Assembly (NCBI GenBank): GCA_038087875.1
Contig: CM075992.1
Coordinates: 1,614,001-1,678,000 of the forward strand
Source: Malacoraja senta
Lineage: Eukaryota
Direction: 5' to 3'
Length of the DNA stretch: 64,000 bases
Both the position numbers and the translations under genes were made by a program. This document shows, piece by piece, positions 38,556 through 51,125 of the stretch. Position 1 is the stretch's first letter. Each line of letters opens with the position of its first letter. The notes beneath the pieces are model-generated. The model made no database searches. It was not told the origin of the DNA and saw only the letters and a list, made by a program, of their open reading frames with translations.

Positions 38556-38786
38556 AGGGCCTGTCCCACTTACGCAATTTTCTTGGCGACATGCCGGCAC
38601 CCGTCATACCCGACATGTCGCGCGCGGGGTGACGCCTCTTTGGTCGTGAGTGGTCACCCAAAGAGTCGTACCTTTTCCTGGTCACCGCTGGATTTTCAAC
38701 AGTTTGAAAATTTCCGCCGACCTGCTGCGGCAATGATGGGTGCCGGCAAGTCGCCGAAAAACAATGGCGTAATTGGGACAGGCCCT
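38556..38786. mobile_element. PIF/Harbinger-type MITE, same TIR family (partial copies near 7110-7558 and 54562-54700)
   Basis: AGGGCCTGTCCCACTTACG...CGTAATTGGGACAGGCCCT, TSD imperfect. Confidence 0.75.
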
Positions 38787-40564
38787 TCACTGAGAACACC
38801 AACCTCATCCAGTGTCCCGCTGAGCCAAATCCCACTACCACATTCAGAAAAGGTTGTTCTCAACAAACAACCCTCACAGCCTCTGGATGTTTTGCAAAGT
38901 AAAAACAAATATCCTCAAATCAGAATATTATTCATCAAGTCAGACATTATCCTGAAACTTATATGGCAGTTCATTCTGACAGTATATATACCGATGGTAG
39001 ACACAAAATGCTGGAGTAACTCGGCGGGACAGGCAGCATCTCTGGAGAGAAGGAATGGGTGATGTTTCGGGTCGAGACCCTCTTCAGTCTCGAAACGTCA
39101 CCCATTCCTTCTCTCCGGAGATGCTGCCTGTCCCGCTGAGTTACTCCAGCATTTTGTGTCTAACTTTGATCGAAACCAGCATCTGCAGTTCTTTCCTCAA
39201 TATTCAAATATCTACCCAGCTCTGTTCTGAACATACTTTCCTGAGCTTTAAACACACTAGAGTGAAGGGAATTTTGAAAGATTGCAAGCTGTACATCCAT
39301 ACAGGCTTTGGATTTTGGAGATACAGCGCGGAAACAGACCCTTCGGGCCCATCAAGCTCACGCCAACCAGTGTTCACCCCGTATACTAGGGCTATCCTAC
39401 ACACTAGGGACAAGTCTACAATTTGTCCCCCTCCTGTCAGTGTCTTCTTGACTATTTTCATAAGTTCGAGGAGGCAAAATAAGGCCATTCAGCCCATCGA
39501 GTCTACTCCAATCTACTTCAATCATGGCTGATCTATCTCTCCCTCCCAACCCCATTCTCCTGCCTTCTCCCTCATTTCTAACCTTTGGTAGATGCATGGA
39601 ATAGGTGACAATCAAACCCCCCTCACCCGTATCCACATATCCCTTGGTCCCAGGCTGCGTCCCAACCCCACTTCTCTTTCTCAGCTTCCTCTTCCCTACT
39701 CTGTCAGTTTGAAGAAGGGCCTTGACCCGAAACGTCACCTACCCATTCCCTCCACGGATGCTGCCTGACCCATTGAGTTCCGCCAGCATTTTGTGTTTGG
39801 CCTAATATTTCCAACTCATTGATTGCAAACAGCTGGGATTCCAACACCAATGCCTGTGGCACTTTCCATTGTGTAGCTCCACTTGATAAACATGCTAAAT
39901 GGGTTAGGCTCGGAACAGATACCGATAAGAAGCAAATATGTAGACAGATTACAGATTACAAAGCAACGGTTATCATAGTGGGTGATTTAACTTCCGTATT
40001 AGTGACTGGGACTTCCTTATGCAAAACGCTTAGATGCATTAGAATTTGTTAGTTGTATTAAAAAGGATTTCTTGAAACAGGATGTGGATAGTCCAACTTG
40101 AGAGGGGATGGTACTGGATCTCGTATTGGGAAACGAGCCTGGTCAGCAAACTGGTGTTTCAGCAGAAGAACATTTTGGTTAGTGACAGTGATCGCAACAT
40201 CATAGGTTTAATGTGCAGGAAGGAACTGCAGATACTGGTTTACACCAAAGATAGACACAAAAAGCTGGAGTAACTCAGCGGGACAGGCAGCATCTCTGGA
40301 GAGAAGGAATGGGTGACGTTTCGGGTCCAGGATCTTCAAGGGAGAGTTAATCAGGGACAGTAATCGTGGCTTTATCCATGGAAGATTATATGTTACTAAC
40401 GAGGAGGTGCCAAAAATGATCGATGAGGGTAGATGTTGTCTACGTGGATTTTAGGAAAGGTTGCTTGCTGTAAATCATTGATTTAATGTGTCTAGATCTG
40501 TCTGCATGCAGGCATGACGTGCTGCCTTTGCTAAGGAGTTGGCAAATGGAATTGATCACCTCCG

Positions 40565-41045
40565 AGGAGCAAGGAGGTCCTACTGCAGTTGTACAGGACC
40601 CTGGTAAGACCACACCTGGAGTATTGTGTGCAATTTTGGTCTCCTAATTTGCGGGAGGACATTACTGCTATTGAAGGAGTGCACCATATGGTCACCAGGT
40701 TAATTCCCGGGATGGCGGGACTGACATATGATGAAAGAATGGCTCGACTGGGCTTGTATTCACTGGAATTTAGACGGATGAGAGGAGAACTTATAGAAAC
40801 ATATAACATTCTTAAAGGGTTGGACAGGCTAGATGCAGGAAAAATGTTCCCCATGTTGGGGGAGCCCAGAGCCAGGGGTCACAGTTTAAGAATAAGGGGG
40901 AAGCCATTTAGGACGGAGATGAGGAAAAACTTTTTCACCCAGAGAGTTGTGAATCTGTGGAATTCTGATTTTAGATGATCAGCCATGATCATATTGAATG
41001 GGCCGAATGGCCTACTCCTGCACCTATTTCAGGTTTCTATGTTTC
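40565..41045 (+). mobile_element. CR1 LINE ORF2 C-terminal fragment
   Basis: LYRTLVRPHLEYCVQFWSP...LGLYSLEFRRMRG, ending in a CR1 tail. Confidence 0.9.
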
Positions 41046-42454
41046 ATTAGTGGACGTCTACATTAGGATGGAAGGTCGTTCATGAAGCAGGTCGGGCCCA
41101 GGACACTGCTCTGAGGAACCCCTGCTGTGATAACCTGGGTCTGGGGTAATTGCCCAGTGACAATCCCTTTGAATGAGGTACGATTTCAACTACTTGAATG
41201 GCCATTAACACCAGTTTTATTTGGCTACTGTGATATCAGACTCTGTCAAATGATGCCTTGATGTCAAGGGCAGTCACTGTCACCTCACCCTTTTTTAGTT
41301 TAGTTTTCGAGATAGAGTCACAGTGATACAGTGTGGAAACAGGCCCTTCAGCCCAACTTACCCACACTGGCCAATATGTCCCAGTTACACTAGTCCCACC
41401 TGCCTGCGCTTGGTCCATATCCCTCCAAACCTGTCCTATCCATGTATCTTCATTTAATCTCTTTCTTTCTCTTTCATAAACTTAAAGTTCATAAGGCAAA
41501 CATAATATATTTTTCTGATAACTGGTTTAATCAAAAAATAGCTTACGTTTTTCTCAAGTTTATTGACAATGCAAAAAAAAAAAAACTTAAATCAATTTGC
41601 TTGTTCAAAACTGAAGCAAATAAAGGCAAACAGAAGAACTAACGGAGGAGGGAGTCAGGGGGTGACGCAGGGAGGCAGGGAGGCAGGGAGACAGAGAGAC
41701 AGAGACAGAGAGACAGAGAGACAGAGAAAACAACACATAAACTTTTCATAAAGTAACAAAAACATATAAATACATTTTTGATAAACGAATAAAAATAAAC
41801 ATACTTACATTTTTAAAATTCATATAACATCCCTAAATGATGGGTACAAATTACTAAATACTGTGAGTGAATGAGGGACTGTACCTGCACGGCAGGAAGC
41901 ACCGACAGGACTGATGGAGACCGTGCATGCATCTGTACTCGAGTGAGTCACTTGATGATACATGAATCCGTCACGTACAGCTCCTGTCCATTGACCACTA
42001 AAGGCCGTTTCACACTGGCACCATATAGACGTCGCTAAATATATTCCCTAAGATTATTATACTTTTAAATGATATAACAGGTTGAAGACTTTATTAGAAT
42101 ACCGAAGAATATGCCGCATGTGTATGATAAAATTACAAATATGAAATTAAACAAAAAAATGACTCAAAAATGCATTGACGTGATTAGCCTATTTATCACT
42201 ATTTCTGTTGGAACCCCTAGCGACCTCTCGTGGAACCCTAGCGTTCCGGGGAACCCCACTTGAGAAACTCTGCAATATACTGTCTTAGTATACTACTGCT
42301 ACACACTTGTATAGTATCTGACATGCTTATGTAATATGTATCTAAGTGCTTATGTCGAGTGATACCTGTACTGAACTGTATACAAAAATGAATTTCACTG
42401 TACATCGGTACATGTGAGAAATAAAATACCATACCAATGACAAGTGTGGCAGGC

Positions 42455-42650
42455 AGACACAAAATGCTGGAGTAACTCAGTGGGACAGGCAGCATCTCTG
42501 GAGAGAAGGAATGGGTGACGTTTCAGTCTGAAGAAGGTTCTCGACCGGAAACATCACCCATTCCTTCTCTCCAGAGATGCTGCCTGTCCCGCTGAGTTAC
42601 TCCAGCATTTTGTGTCTATCTTCAGTTTAAACCAGTATCTGCAGTTCCTT
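42455..42650. mobile_element. Fold-back Penelope-derived element, second subfamily (other copies near 10360, 23720, 24445, 27715, 29115, 30455, 37500, 38240, 39000, 43980, 47550, 47890, 53070)
   Basis: agacacaaaatgctggagtaactcag...ctgagttactccagcattttgtgtct inverted arms around a ctgaagaagg...gaaac core. Confidence 0.8.
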
Positions 42651-44754
42651 CCAACAACAGGTGTGGCAGGTAACGGGCATCTCCAACCACATGCCCTGGA
42701 GCAAAACACACAGTGCTGGAGCAACTCAGTGGGTCAGGCAGCATGTGTGGTGGGGAGTGGACAGACAATATTTTTGGTCGGGACCTTTCTTCAGTCTGAA
42801 ACTGAAACGTCGCCTGTCCATTCCCACCACAGATGCTGCCTGACCCGCTGAGTTCCTCCAGCACTTTGTGTTTTGCGCAAGATGGCAGAATCTGCAGTGT
42901 CTGTTTCTTTGTCTGCCCTTGAGATTCAGTGGCCTTGTATTGAATGAAGTGGCATTGGTGATCTTTTTCAAAGGTATTTAACATCTTAAATATTAAATGT
43001 AAAGAAGGGTCTCGACCCAAAACGTCACCAATTCCTTCTCTCCACAGACGCTGCCTGTCCCGCTGAGTTACTCCAGCTTTTTGTGTCTAATATCTTTAAC
43101 AACTTACAATTAGCATAAGTTCACTTCCATCATTGATAACTCCTGAACCAACATCAGCCAGAAACCTAATGGGATCTGCCACAGAAATACCATGGAGGAA
43201 ACTGGTGCACCCGGAGAAAACCACGCAGTTACAGGGAGAACATACAAACTCCGTACAGGCAGCACCTGTAGTTGGGATCGAACCCGGGTCTCTGGCGTTG
43301 CAAGGCAGCAACTCTACTGCTGTACCACCGTGCCGGCCTTCCATTATCTGCAACGTGTAAGTTAGGTGCTTTATTGAACATTTTCTACTCTCCTGGATGA
43401 GAACAGAGGGAACAACTTACAAGAAGCACAAGATAGACACAAAATGCTGGAGTAACTCAGCGGGACAGGCAGCATCTCTGGAGAGAAGGAATGGGTGACG
43501 TTTCGTGTCGAGACCCTTCTACACACCTCTCTCTTACAAGAAGCACAACTCCATTCATTACAAAGCACCTCATCCACCACCATAAATATTCATGAACTCC
43601 ACCACAAGGCACAGTGGCTTCCGTGTGCACCATTTCCTAGTTGAGTCAAGTTTGTTCATTTTAGTTTAGTGAATCAGCGTGGAATCAGGCCCTTCAAGCC
43701 CGCACCGACCAGCGACCCCTGCACATTAACAGTTTACACTTATACCAAGCCAATTAATCTACAAACCTGTACGTATTTGGAGTGTGGGAGGAAACCAAAG
43801 ATCTCGGAGAAAACCCACGCAGGTCACGGGGAGAACGTACAAACTCCGTACAGACAGCGCCCGTAGCAAGTGCTGTAATGGCCCCATTTATTGTACGGTG
43901 AGGTACAGGTACAATTATATTCATGCTTGCCGCAGCATTACAGACGCATAGACTCAGACAACACACAAAAACATAAGATAGACACAAAATGCTGGAGTAA
44001 CTCAGCAGGTCAGGCAGCATCTCTGGAGAAACGGAATAGGTGATGTTTGGGATCAGGACCCTTCTTCAGATGGAGACAGACTGTGACAGCTGTCACCTAT
44101 TCATTTTCTCCAGAGATGCTGCCTATCCCGCTGAGTTTCTCCAACACTTTGTGTCTATCTTCAGTATAAAACAGCATCTACAGTTCCTGCACAAAAACAT
44201 AGAAATTGTACATAAATTACACAGTTACGTGCCCCAGGCAATTCTGACAAGACTTTTAACATTCACCAACTCTATCACCATGAAGCGAAAGGGCGGCGGG
44301 GACACAGGTACACCAGCACCTGCAGGTTCTCTGAGATTGAACACCTCATTGTTTAGCCAACCATGTCATCTCTGGGTGCCCGCTCTACCACCCACCAAAT
44401 GGAGCCGTGTCAGGGCCTGGCAGACATTGACGCCAACAGAGACAACAACCTGGCTGCTCAACACCCGGCTTGAGATCTAACTATTCCTTTAGTTTATGTT
44501 TCACTCGCAAGAAGAAGAAGATTGTTTAGGAAGGAACAGCAGATGCTAGTTTATAGCGGAGATGGACACAAAATGCTGGCGTAACTCAACGGGACGGTCA
44601 GCATCTCTGGAGAGAAGGTTCGTGTCGAGACCCTTCTCCAGACTCCCTCTAACCCTGTCCTATCCATCTTGCACCCATGATACAAATGGGGATGAATCGA
44701 CTTTATCCCGTCACGTTGCTCAATGCTTTTAAGTAAGTAAGTACGTTTTAAAGA

Positions 44755-45232
44755 GTTAAGGAAGGAACTGCAGATGCTGGAAAATCGAAGGTACACAAAA
44801 ATGCTGGAGAAACTCAGCGGGTGCAGCAGCATCTATGGAGCGAAGGAAATAGGTAACGTTTCGGGCCGAAACCCTTCTTCAGACTGATAGGGGGTGGGGA
44901 GAAGAAAGGAAAAAAGGAAAAAGGCGGAGGAGGAGCCCGAAGGCTGGGGGAGGGGAGGAGACAACCAGATGGCTGATGAAGGGGAGGGGACAGCAAGGGC
45001 TAGCAGAATTGGGAGAATTCAATGTTCAAACCCCCAGGATGTAGACTGCCCAAGTGGAATATGAGGTGCAATTCCTCCAATTTCCGGTGTTGCTCGCTGT
45101 GGCCATGGAGGAGACCCAGGACAGAGAGGTCAGATACGGAATGGGAGGGGGAGTTGAAGTGCTGAGCCACCGGGAGGTCAGGTTGGTTATTGCGGACCGA
45201 CCAGAGGCGTTCGGCGAAACGATCGCCAAGCC
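44755..45232 (-). mobile_element. Penelope-like element 3' fragment: GIY-YIG endonuclease C-terminus, UTR and terminal repeat with hammerhead motif
   Basis: Minus strand 45230-45000 translates LGDRFAERLWSVRNNQPDLPVAQHFNSPSHSVSDLSVLGLL...RKLEELHLIFHLGSLHPGGLNIEFSQFC*. It is followed by CTGAAGAAGGGTTTCGGCCCGAAACGTT. Confidence 0.85.
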
Positions 45233-45764
45233 AAGTAAGTAAGTAAGTTTATTGGCCAAGTATTCACACACAAGGAATTTGCCTCGGTGCTGCGCCCACA
45301 AGTAACAACATGACACACAGTGACAGTTACGAGTGACTCAGAAAACACTACACATTAATAATAATAAACCATTAATGATAGAACACCATTGATCAAGCAT
45401 GGGAACCAACAAAATACCAGATCAAAGGGAAGCTACAGGTTTTTGGCTGTTGAGTAGAGCAACTACTCGTGGATAAAGACTGTTTTAACACCAATGCAAG
45501 TCTCTCTCAGCTCAGCTGTCATTTCCACTGGTCCTGGTGGAATTTCTGTGCAGATAAGACACAAACTGTTTAATTTCCCTCTGAACCATGATAATTCCTC
45601 CAGTTTTTGGTCAGAATCCTTGCAAAGCTCTCCCTCCCCCTTCCCCACCCACCCCCAGGCCAACCCACAGCCCCCAACCCAGCATTAGTTTCAATTATTC
45701 ATTGCACTTAACTGATTTATGATGAATGCATGTTCAAGTGGCTTCTTCCACATCAATAGAACTC

Positions 45765-45915
45765 CCAGCCGGAAGAAGCGACGCGCATTTCCGGACTCCT
45801 CGACGCGTCGCGGGTGGCCCAGTAGCGGCGCGTCGCCAGCAGGGGGCGGCGTAACGCAACGTGACGCGAACGTAACCTGCAGTGGCGCCCGGTCACCAGC
45901 GGGCGGCGCAGCCGA
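45765..45915. promoter_or_regulatory. CpG-dense element with a strong CTCF-type core (CCAGCAGGGGGCGG, 45836-45849); possible TLCD4-like promoter or boundary
   Basis: Very CpG-dense unique sequence that matches CCASYAGRKGGCRS. Lies ~8 kb upstream of the TLCD4-like ATG exon, which has an acceptor before its ATG. Confidence 0.55.
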
Positions 45916-47173
45916 GTAAATCAACCGCGTCATCGTCAAGATCAAGGGCAGTGGTAGTAACCGTGTGTGGTCGGCAGAGGGAGCAGCTGAGCGCCCCTGC
46001 AGTAACCGTGTGTGGTCGGCAGAGGGAGCAGCTGAGCGCCCCCTGCAGTAACCGCGTGTGGTCGGCAGAGGGAGCAGCTGAGCGCCCCCTGCAGTAACTC
46101 TTGCTCACCAGCGGCGGCGCAGCGGAGTAAATCAACCGCGTCATCGTCAAGATCAAGGGCAGTGGTAGTAACCGTGTGTGGTCGGCAGAGGGAGCAGCTG
46201 AGCGCCCCTGCAGTAACCGCGTGTGGTCGGCAGAGGGAGCAGCTGAGCGCCCCCTGCAGTAACTATTCCTCACCAGCGGTGGCGCAGCGGAGTAAATCAA
46301 CCGCGTCATCGTCAAGATCAAGGGCAGTGGTAGTAACCGTGTGTGGTCGGCAGAGGGAGCAGCTGAGCGCCCCCTGCAGTAACCGCGTGTGGTCGGGAGA
46401 GGGAGCAGCTGAGCGCCCCTGCAGTAACCGTGTGTGGTCGGCAGAGGGAGCAGCTGAGCGCCCCTGCAGTAACTATTCCTCACCAGCGGTGGCGCAGCGG
46501 AGTAAATCAACCGCGTCATCGTCAAGATCAAGGGCAGTGGTAGTAACCGTGTGTGGTCGGAAGAGGGAGCAGCTGAGCGCCCCTGCAGTAACTATTCCTC
46601 ATCAGCGGCGGCGCTGCGGAGTCAATCAGCGGAGTCATCGTCAAGATCAAGGGCAGTGGTAGTTACCGCGTGTGGTCGGCAGAGGGAGCAGCTGAGCGCC
46701 CCTGCAGTAACTCCTGGTCAAGAGTGAATCCACATCGTCAAGATCAAGAAGGGTTTCGGCCCGAAACGTTACCTATTTCCTTCGCTCCATAGATGCTGCT
46801 GCACCCGCTGAGTTTCTCCAGCATTTTTGTCTACCTTTCATCAAGATCAAGGGCAGTGGTAGTAACCGCGTGTGGTCGGCAGAGGGAGCAGCTGAGCGTC
46901 CCTGCAGTAACCGCGTGCGGTCGGGAGAGGGAGCAGCTGAGCGCCCCTGCAGTAACGCGTGTGGTCGGCAGAGGGAGCAGCTGAGCGCCCGTGCAGTAAC
47001 GCGTGTGGTCGGCAGAGGGAGCAGCTGAGCGCCCCTGCAGTAACGCGTGTGGTCGGCAGAGGGAGCAGCTGAGCGCCCCTGCAGTAACGCGTGTGGTCGG
47101 CAGAGGGAGCAGCTGAGCGCCCCTGCAGTAACGCGTGTGGTCGGCAGAGGGAGCAGCTGAGCATCTGCAGTAA
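45895..47173. repeat. Higher-order GC-rich tandem repeat: ~17 units of 43-45 bp plus ~5 copies of a ~75-bp spacer, interrupted by a Penelope-derived arm at 46749-46837
   Basis: Unit gtaacc(g)cgtgtggtcggcagagggagcagctgagcgcccctgca; spacer caccagcggcggcgcagcggagtaaatcaaccgcgtcatcgtcaagatcaagggcagtggta. Confidence 0.95.
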
Positions 47174-50100
47174 CAAGGCAAAGGGGTGTATGTTTTTATA
47201 AAGGCAATGTGCTGTAAACACTCAACAGGTCAGGCAGCATTACTGGAGAACATGGACAGGTGACGATTCAGGGCGAGGGGCTCAACCCTTCTCCAGAGAT
47301 GCTGCCTGACCTGCTGAGTTATTCCTTGAACAGATACTTGATACTTTTACTCAAGTCATTGACAAAGAATGTAAACAGCTGGGATCCAACATCTGCAATC
47401 ATCTGTGAGCATCCTCATCTCCGACCCTGCGATGGAAAGCCATCGATGATGAAGCAACTGAAGATGGTTCCATCATGAAGAACTCCTGCAGTGATGTCCT
47501 TGTGCTGTGATGATTATTCTCCACCAGCCACGACCATCTTACTTTGTACAAGACAGACACAAGTTGCTGGAGTAACTCAGTGGGTCAGACAGCATCTCTG
47601 GAGAAAAATAATAGGTGACGTTTCGGGTCGAGACCCTTCCTCAGACCCTCAACCCGAAGTATCGCCCATCCCTTCTCCCCAGAGATGCTGCCTGTCCCGC
47701 TGAGTTACTCCAGCTTTTTTAGTCTATCTTCGGTTTCAACATCTGCAGTTCCTTCCTACACCTTTCTTTGCAGGAGGTATAATTCTAACCATTGATGTGT
47801 TTCCCCTTGATGCCCATTGACCAGATTCATCATAGATCTTCGATGCAGAACACCATGGCCTTGATGTCAATGACAGACACTGTAACCTCATGGAACTCAG
47901 CGGGTCAGGCAGCTTCTCTGGAGAAAATAAATGGGTGACGTTTCGGGTCAAAACTCTTTTTCGGGTTTCGACCCGAATCGCCGCCTATTCCTCATCTCCA
48001 GAGATGCTGCCTTACCCGCTGAGTTACTCCAGCATTTTGTGTCTTTCTTTGGTGTAAATCTGCATCTGCAGTTATTTCCTTCACCGGTACCTCATCTCTG
48101 GAATTCAGGTCTTTGGTCCTGTTTTGGACCGAGGCTCAGATGAAGTCAAAACCCTCGTGGTCTTAGTGAAAACCACATTTGGCATAGTGTTCAGATTAGT
48201 GGTGAGTAAATAGTTGGATAGCACATCCAACACCACTTTCCATTACTTTGCTAATGGTTAGAATTGGACTGATTGGAAGGTAATTAACTGATTGTATTTG
48301 ATCTGGGCAATCAGATAGATATCAACATTGCTTATCCTGGAATAGTCTTGCCTGAGGTAGAACTAGTACTGTAGGGCAGGGTTTAAACAATATAATACAA
48401 CTATATGAAGATTAAGGGTGCTTGTTACCAGGTACCAAGCTAAAGGGGATCAGGGGGTATGGAGAGAAGGCAGGTACGGGATACTGAGTTGGATGATCAG
48501 CCATGATCATATTGAATGGCGGTGCAGGCTCGAAGGGCCGAATGGCCTACTCCTGCACCTATTGTCTATGTTTCTATGTATATAACACTTGATTCCATGA
48601 AATGGTGAACAGATGCCAGGGTAACTAGTCATCGGCAATTCTTTGGTCCCTTAAAAAAAGCACGGTAACATCCGCTGCCTTCCATTGTGCGTTGTATTGG
48701 GAGCTCACGGCCTCGACGGGGGAGTGGCCGCTGGAGGCCCCGCAACAGCCTGGGGCTCGGCTGGACCGGACGCTGCTCCAAGGGGCTGAGCGGGTGGACC
48801 CCACGCGACCTACAGCGGTGGAGGACACCCACGGCCACGCTTGGCCAGGCTGACCCTGCAACACCGCCAGGACTACAGACCTTCATGGTCAGATCAAGAT
48901 CCCTGTGCTTACAACAACTGGGACTTGGAAACGGTGCCAAACTGGTGACTCTGTGTACTGTCTCGGTGTGCTGGTGCTTATACACTTGTACTGCATCTGA
49001 GAAACTTATCTAAGTGCTTATATATAGTGATACCTGCACTGATCTGTATACAAAGATGAATTTCACCGTACCTCGGTACATGCGGTGCTGGCTCGAAGGG
49101 CCGAATGGCCTCCTCCTGCACCTATTTTCTATGTTTCTATTTAGTAACATACCATACCATTTAACTGCGGACGGCTCAGAGTCAAATGGTCAGGATTTTT
49201 GCATTCAATATTTCTGCTGCCATTTCTTTTCGAATCCTTGGGAGTGCAAGCAAGCCCATGGTAATCTCCACATATACTTCACCATTCACTGCGGTTTAGG
49301 GTTGGTTTGTGTGTCTCCAGCAGATTGGGCACTTCCCCATTAAGAGTCCACATTTCCACATCATCCTTGAAATGATCATGCATTTTATTCTAATGATATT
49401 ATTAATTGAATCAACAAACAAACACCATGTTGCTTTTTTTTTTTTTGTCCCCATCCGTAAAAGTATTTCAACATTTAATGAAGATTCATATTCTGCAGCC
49501 GGGCAGGGAACGGCCAGTCACTGAACCACCAGAGGATTTGTTCATTTCTGAGGGACATTTCAGAATGACCTTCTCCCGGCTGTTTCCAGCAATTCTGCCC
49601 CATTCACTGCTATAGTTGCTTGAAACAGCGACTGATCATGGCATTGGTAGCCGAGAGATGCTGTGAGTATCTGTCCCTCACAAACCATATCTGGGTGAAA
49701 ACTGCCCTTTTCGATCTCAAAGACTTGGAGCAAAATCCCTTTCTGCTCGGAGAAGATTTCCCCTATTACACAGTTTGCCAAAGTAACAATCCCAGACTGG
49801 TTCATTCTGGTGGCGCTGTAGATATCATTTTACACCATATCCACAAGTTACTGGAAGAGACGAAATCTCTCCGGAACATTCCCCGAGATCTTCATGCAAT
49901 TGTGTTGCACTGAGGATTGCAATCTCCAATCAGCAGCCTATCCATACCTCGACCAGCCACTTGGCCGTCCCATGGCATTCGAGGGGAGCATCACGTCATT
50001 AAACTCTTAACATCCTATTACACTGAGGTCTGGTAATGTCCCAGATGGTCGCCACTAGATGTTCAAGCAATCCCCACCCTTTGCCCTGTGCACCTTCACC

Positions 50101-51019
50101 AAGTGTTAAGATGGTGTCCAGATGCTCCATACCCTTCAAACCTCACTCTTTGTCCAATTAATCCATTCCCAAAGTCTAGATGGAGTTCCCACCAAAAGGC
50201 CAGGAAGTTTCCACCCAATGTTTATTCAATCCCTACTTATCCCTGCCCAATGTCCCAATGGATCCTATCCTATATCCAGATTATCCTCGTGCAAAGTCCA
50301 GGCAGCCTACACCCAATGTCCATGAGATGGCCACTGAAGTTCAGACGTTCTCCAACTAGTTTAGACAGTCCCCATCTGATGTCCATAGATGATCTGTATC
50401 CATGTCAATCTGGTCCAAGCCAATATTCCACCCAATCTCTGGAGGCCTCCATCCGATGACCTACCCCTGTGACCCTCCTAGATGCCGTGCCAGTCCTCAC
50501 CGGAAGTCCAGATGGTGTCCACCTGGCCAAGAACATCCAGATGATCTCACACGTTCCTGACCTGAGATCCCTGCACCAGCACCCACCCAACGTTGATAAG
50601 GTACCTCTGCTTATTCACACAGTCCGATGAGGGTTGAACGAACACTGCAAGGTGCCAGCATTGAAGATCAGAGCCCATCCGCCGGAAAACCCCAGGCTGG
50701 CGAAGTGCGGAGAAGTCTTCCCTAATCCAGTTAGATTGACAGAAGAGGAGACTCTCTCAGCTCTGGGACCAGTTACTACCTTCAGCTCCGTGTGGCGATG
50801 GGGACAGCAAGACCGACTGGTCTACCTGTTGCCGTACAACTACCTGGGGGTCTTGCGCTTGCTCCGAGAGATGGCGTTTGTGCTGCACAGAGGGTCAAGG
50901 AGAAGGACGGAAACGTACAGGGGAATGTTCCTACTAATCTGACAAACACTAGACTCTACAGGAGTGAGAGCTGTTCATGCAAAGCTGTACACACACACTG
51001 GGCTCCCTCCGCCTGAACT

Positions 51020-51125
51020 TCACACCTCGCTCATCACCGACCGAGTGGCGATCAACACATCCGGCGTCGAGGGGAAGAAGCACGGGGAGCGTTCATGTTC
51101 CTTCTGGGAATTCAGTTGGACGATT
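51020..51125 (-). CDS. PLPPR2: PLPPR2 last coding exon, two possible frames: NRPTEFPEGT* (stop 51095-51093) or (K)IVQLNSQKEHERSPCFFPSTPDVLIATRSVMSEV* (stop 51022-51020)
   Basis: ttcttcccatttcag acceptor. The short frame resembles PLPPR1/5 termini (N...EVT*). The long frame ends in a class I PDZ-binding-like SEV. Confidence 0.72.

Noticed and set aside
44500..44522. cgcaagaagaagaag, resembling the tail of the ribozyme retroposon
   Set aside because: Too short, with no body or TSD to support a third copy.
45893..47221. ORFs up to 212 aa and a repeat-spacer appearance resembling a CRISPR array
   Set aside because: The ORFs are translations of the tandem repeat. The spacers are themselves repeated, the context is vertebrate and there are no cas genes.
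48620..48990. GC-rich ORFs between PLPPR2 and the tandem array
   Set aside because: No recognisable protein similarity or clear splice structure; resembles other GC-rich repeat-like patches (~5470, ~19840).
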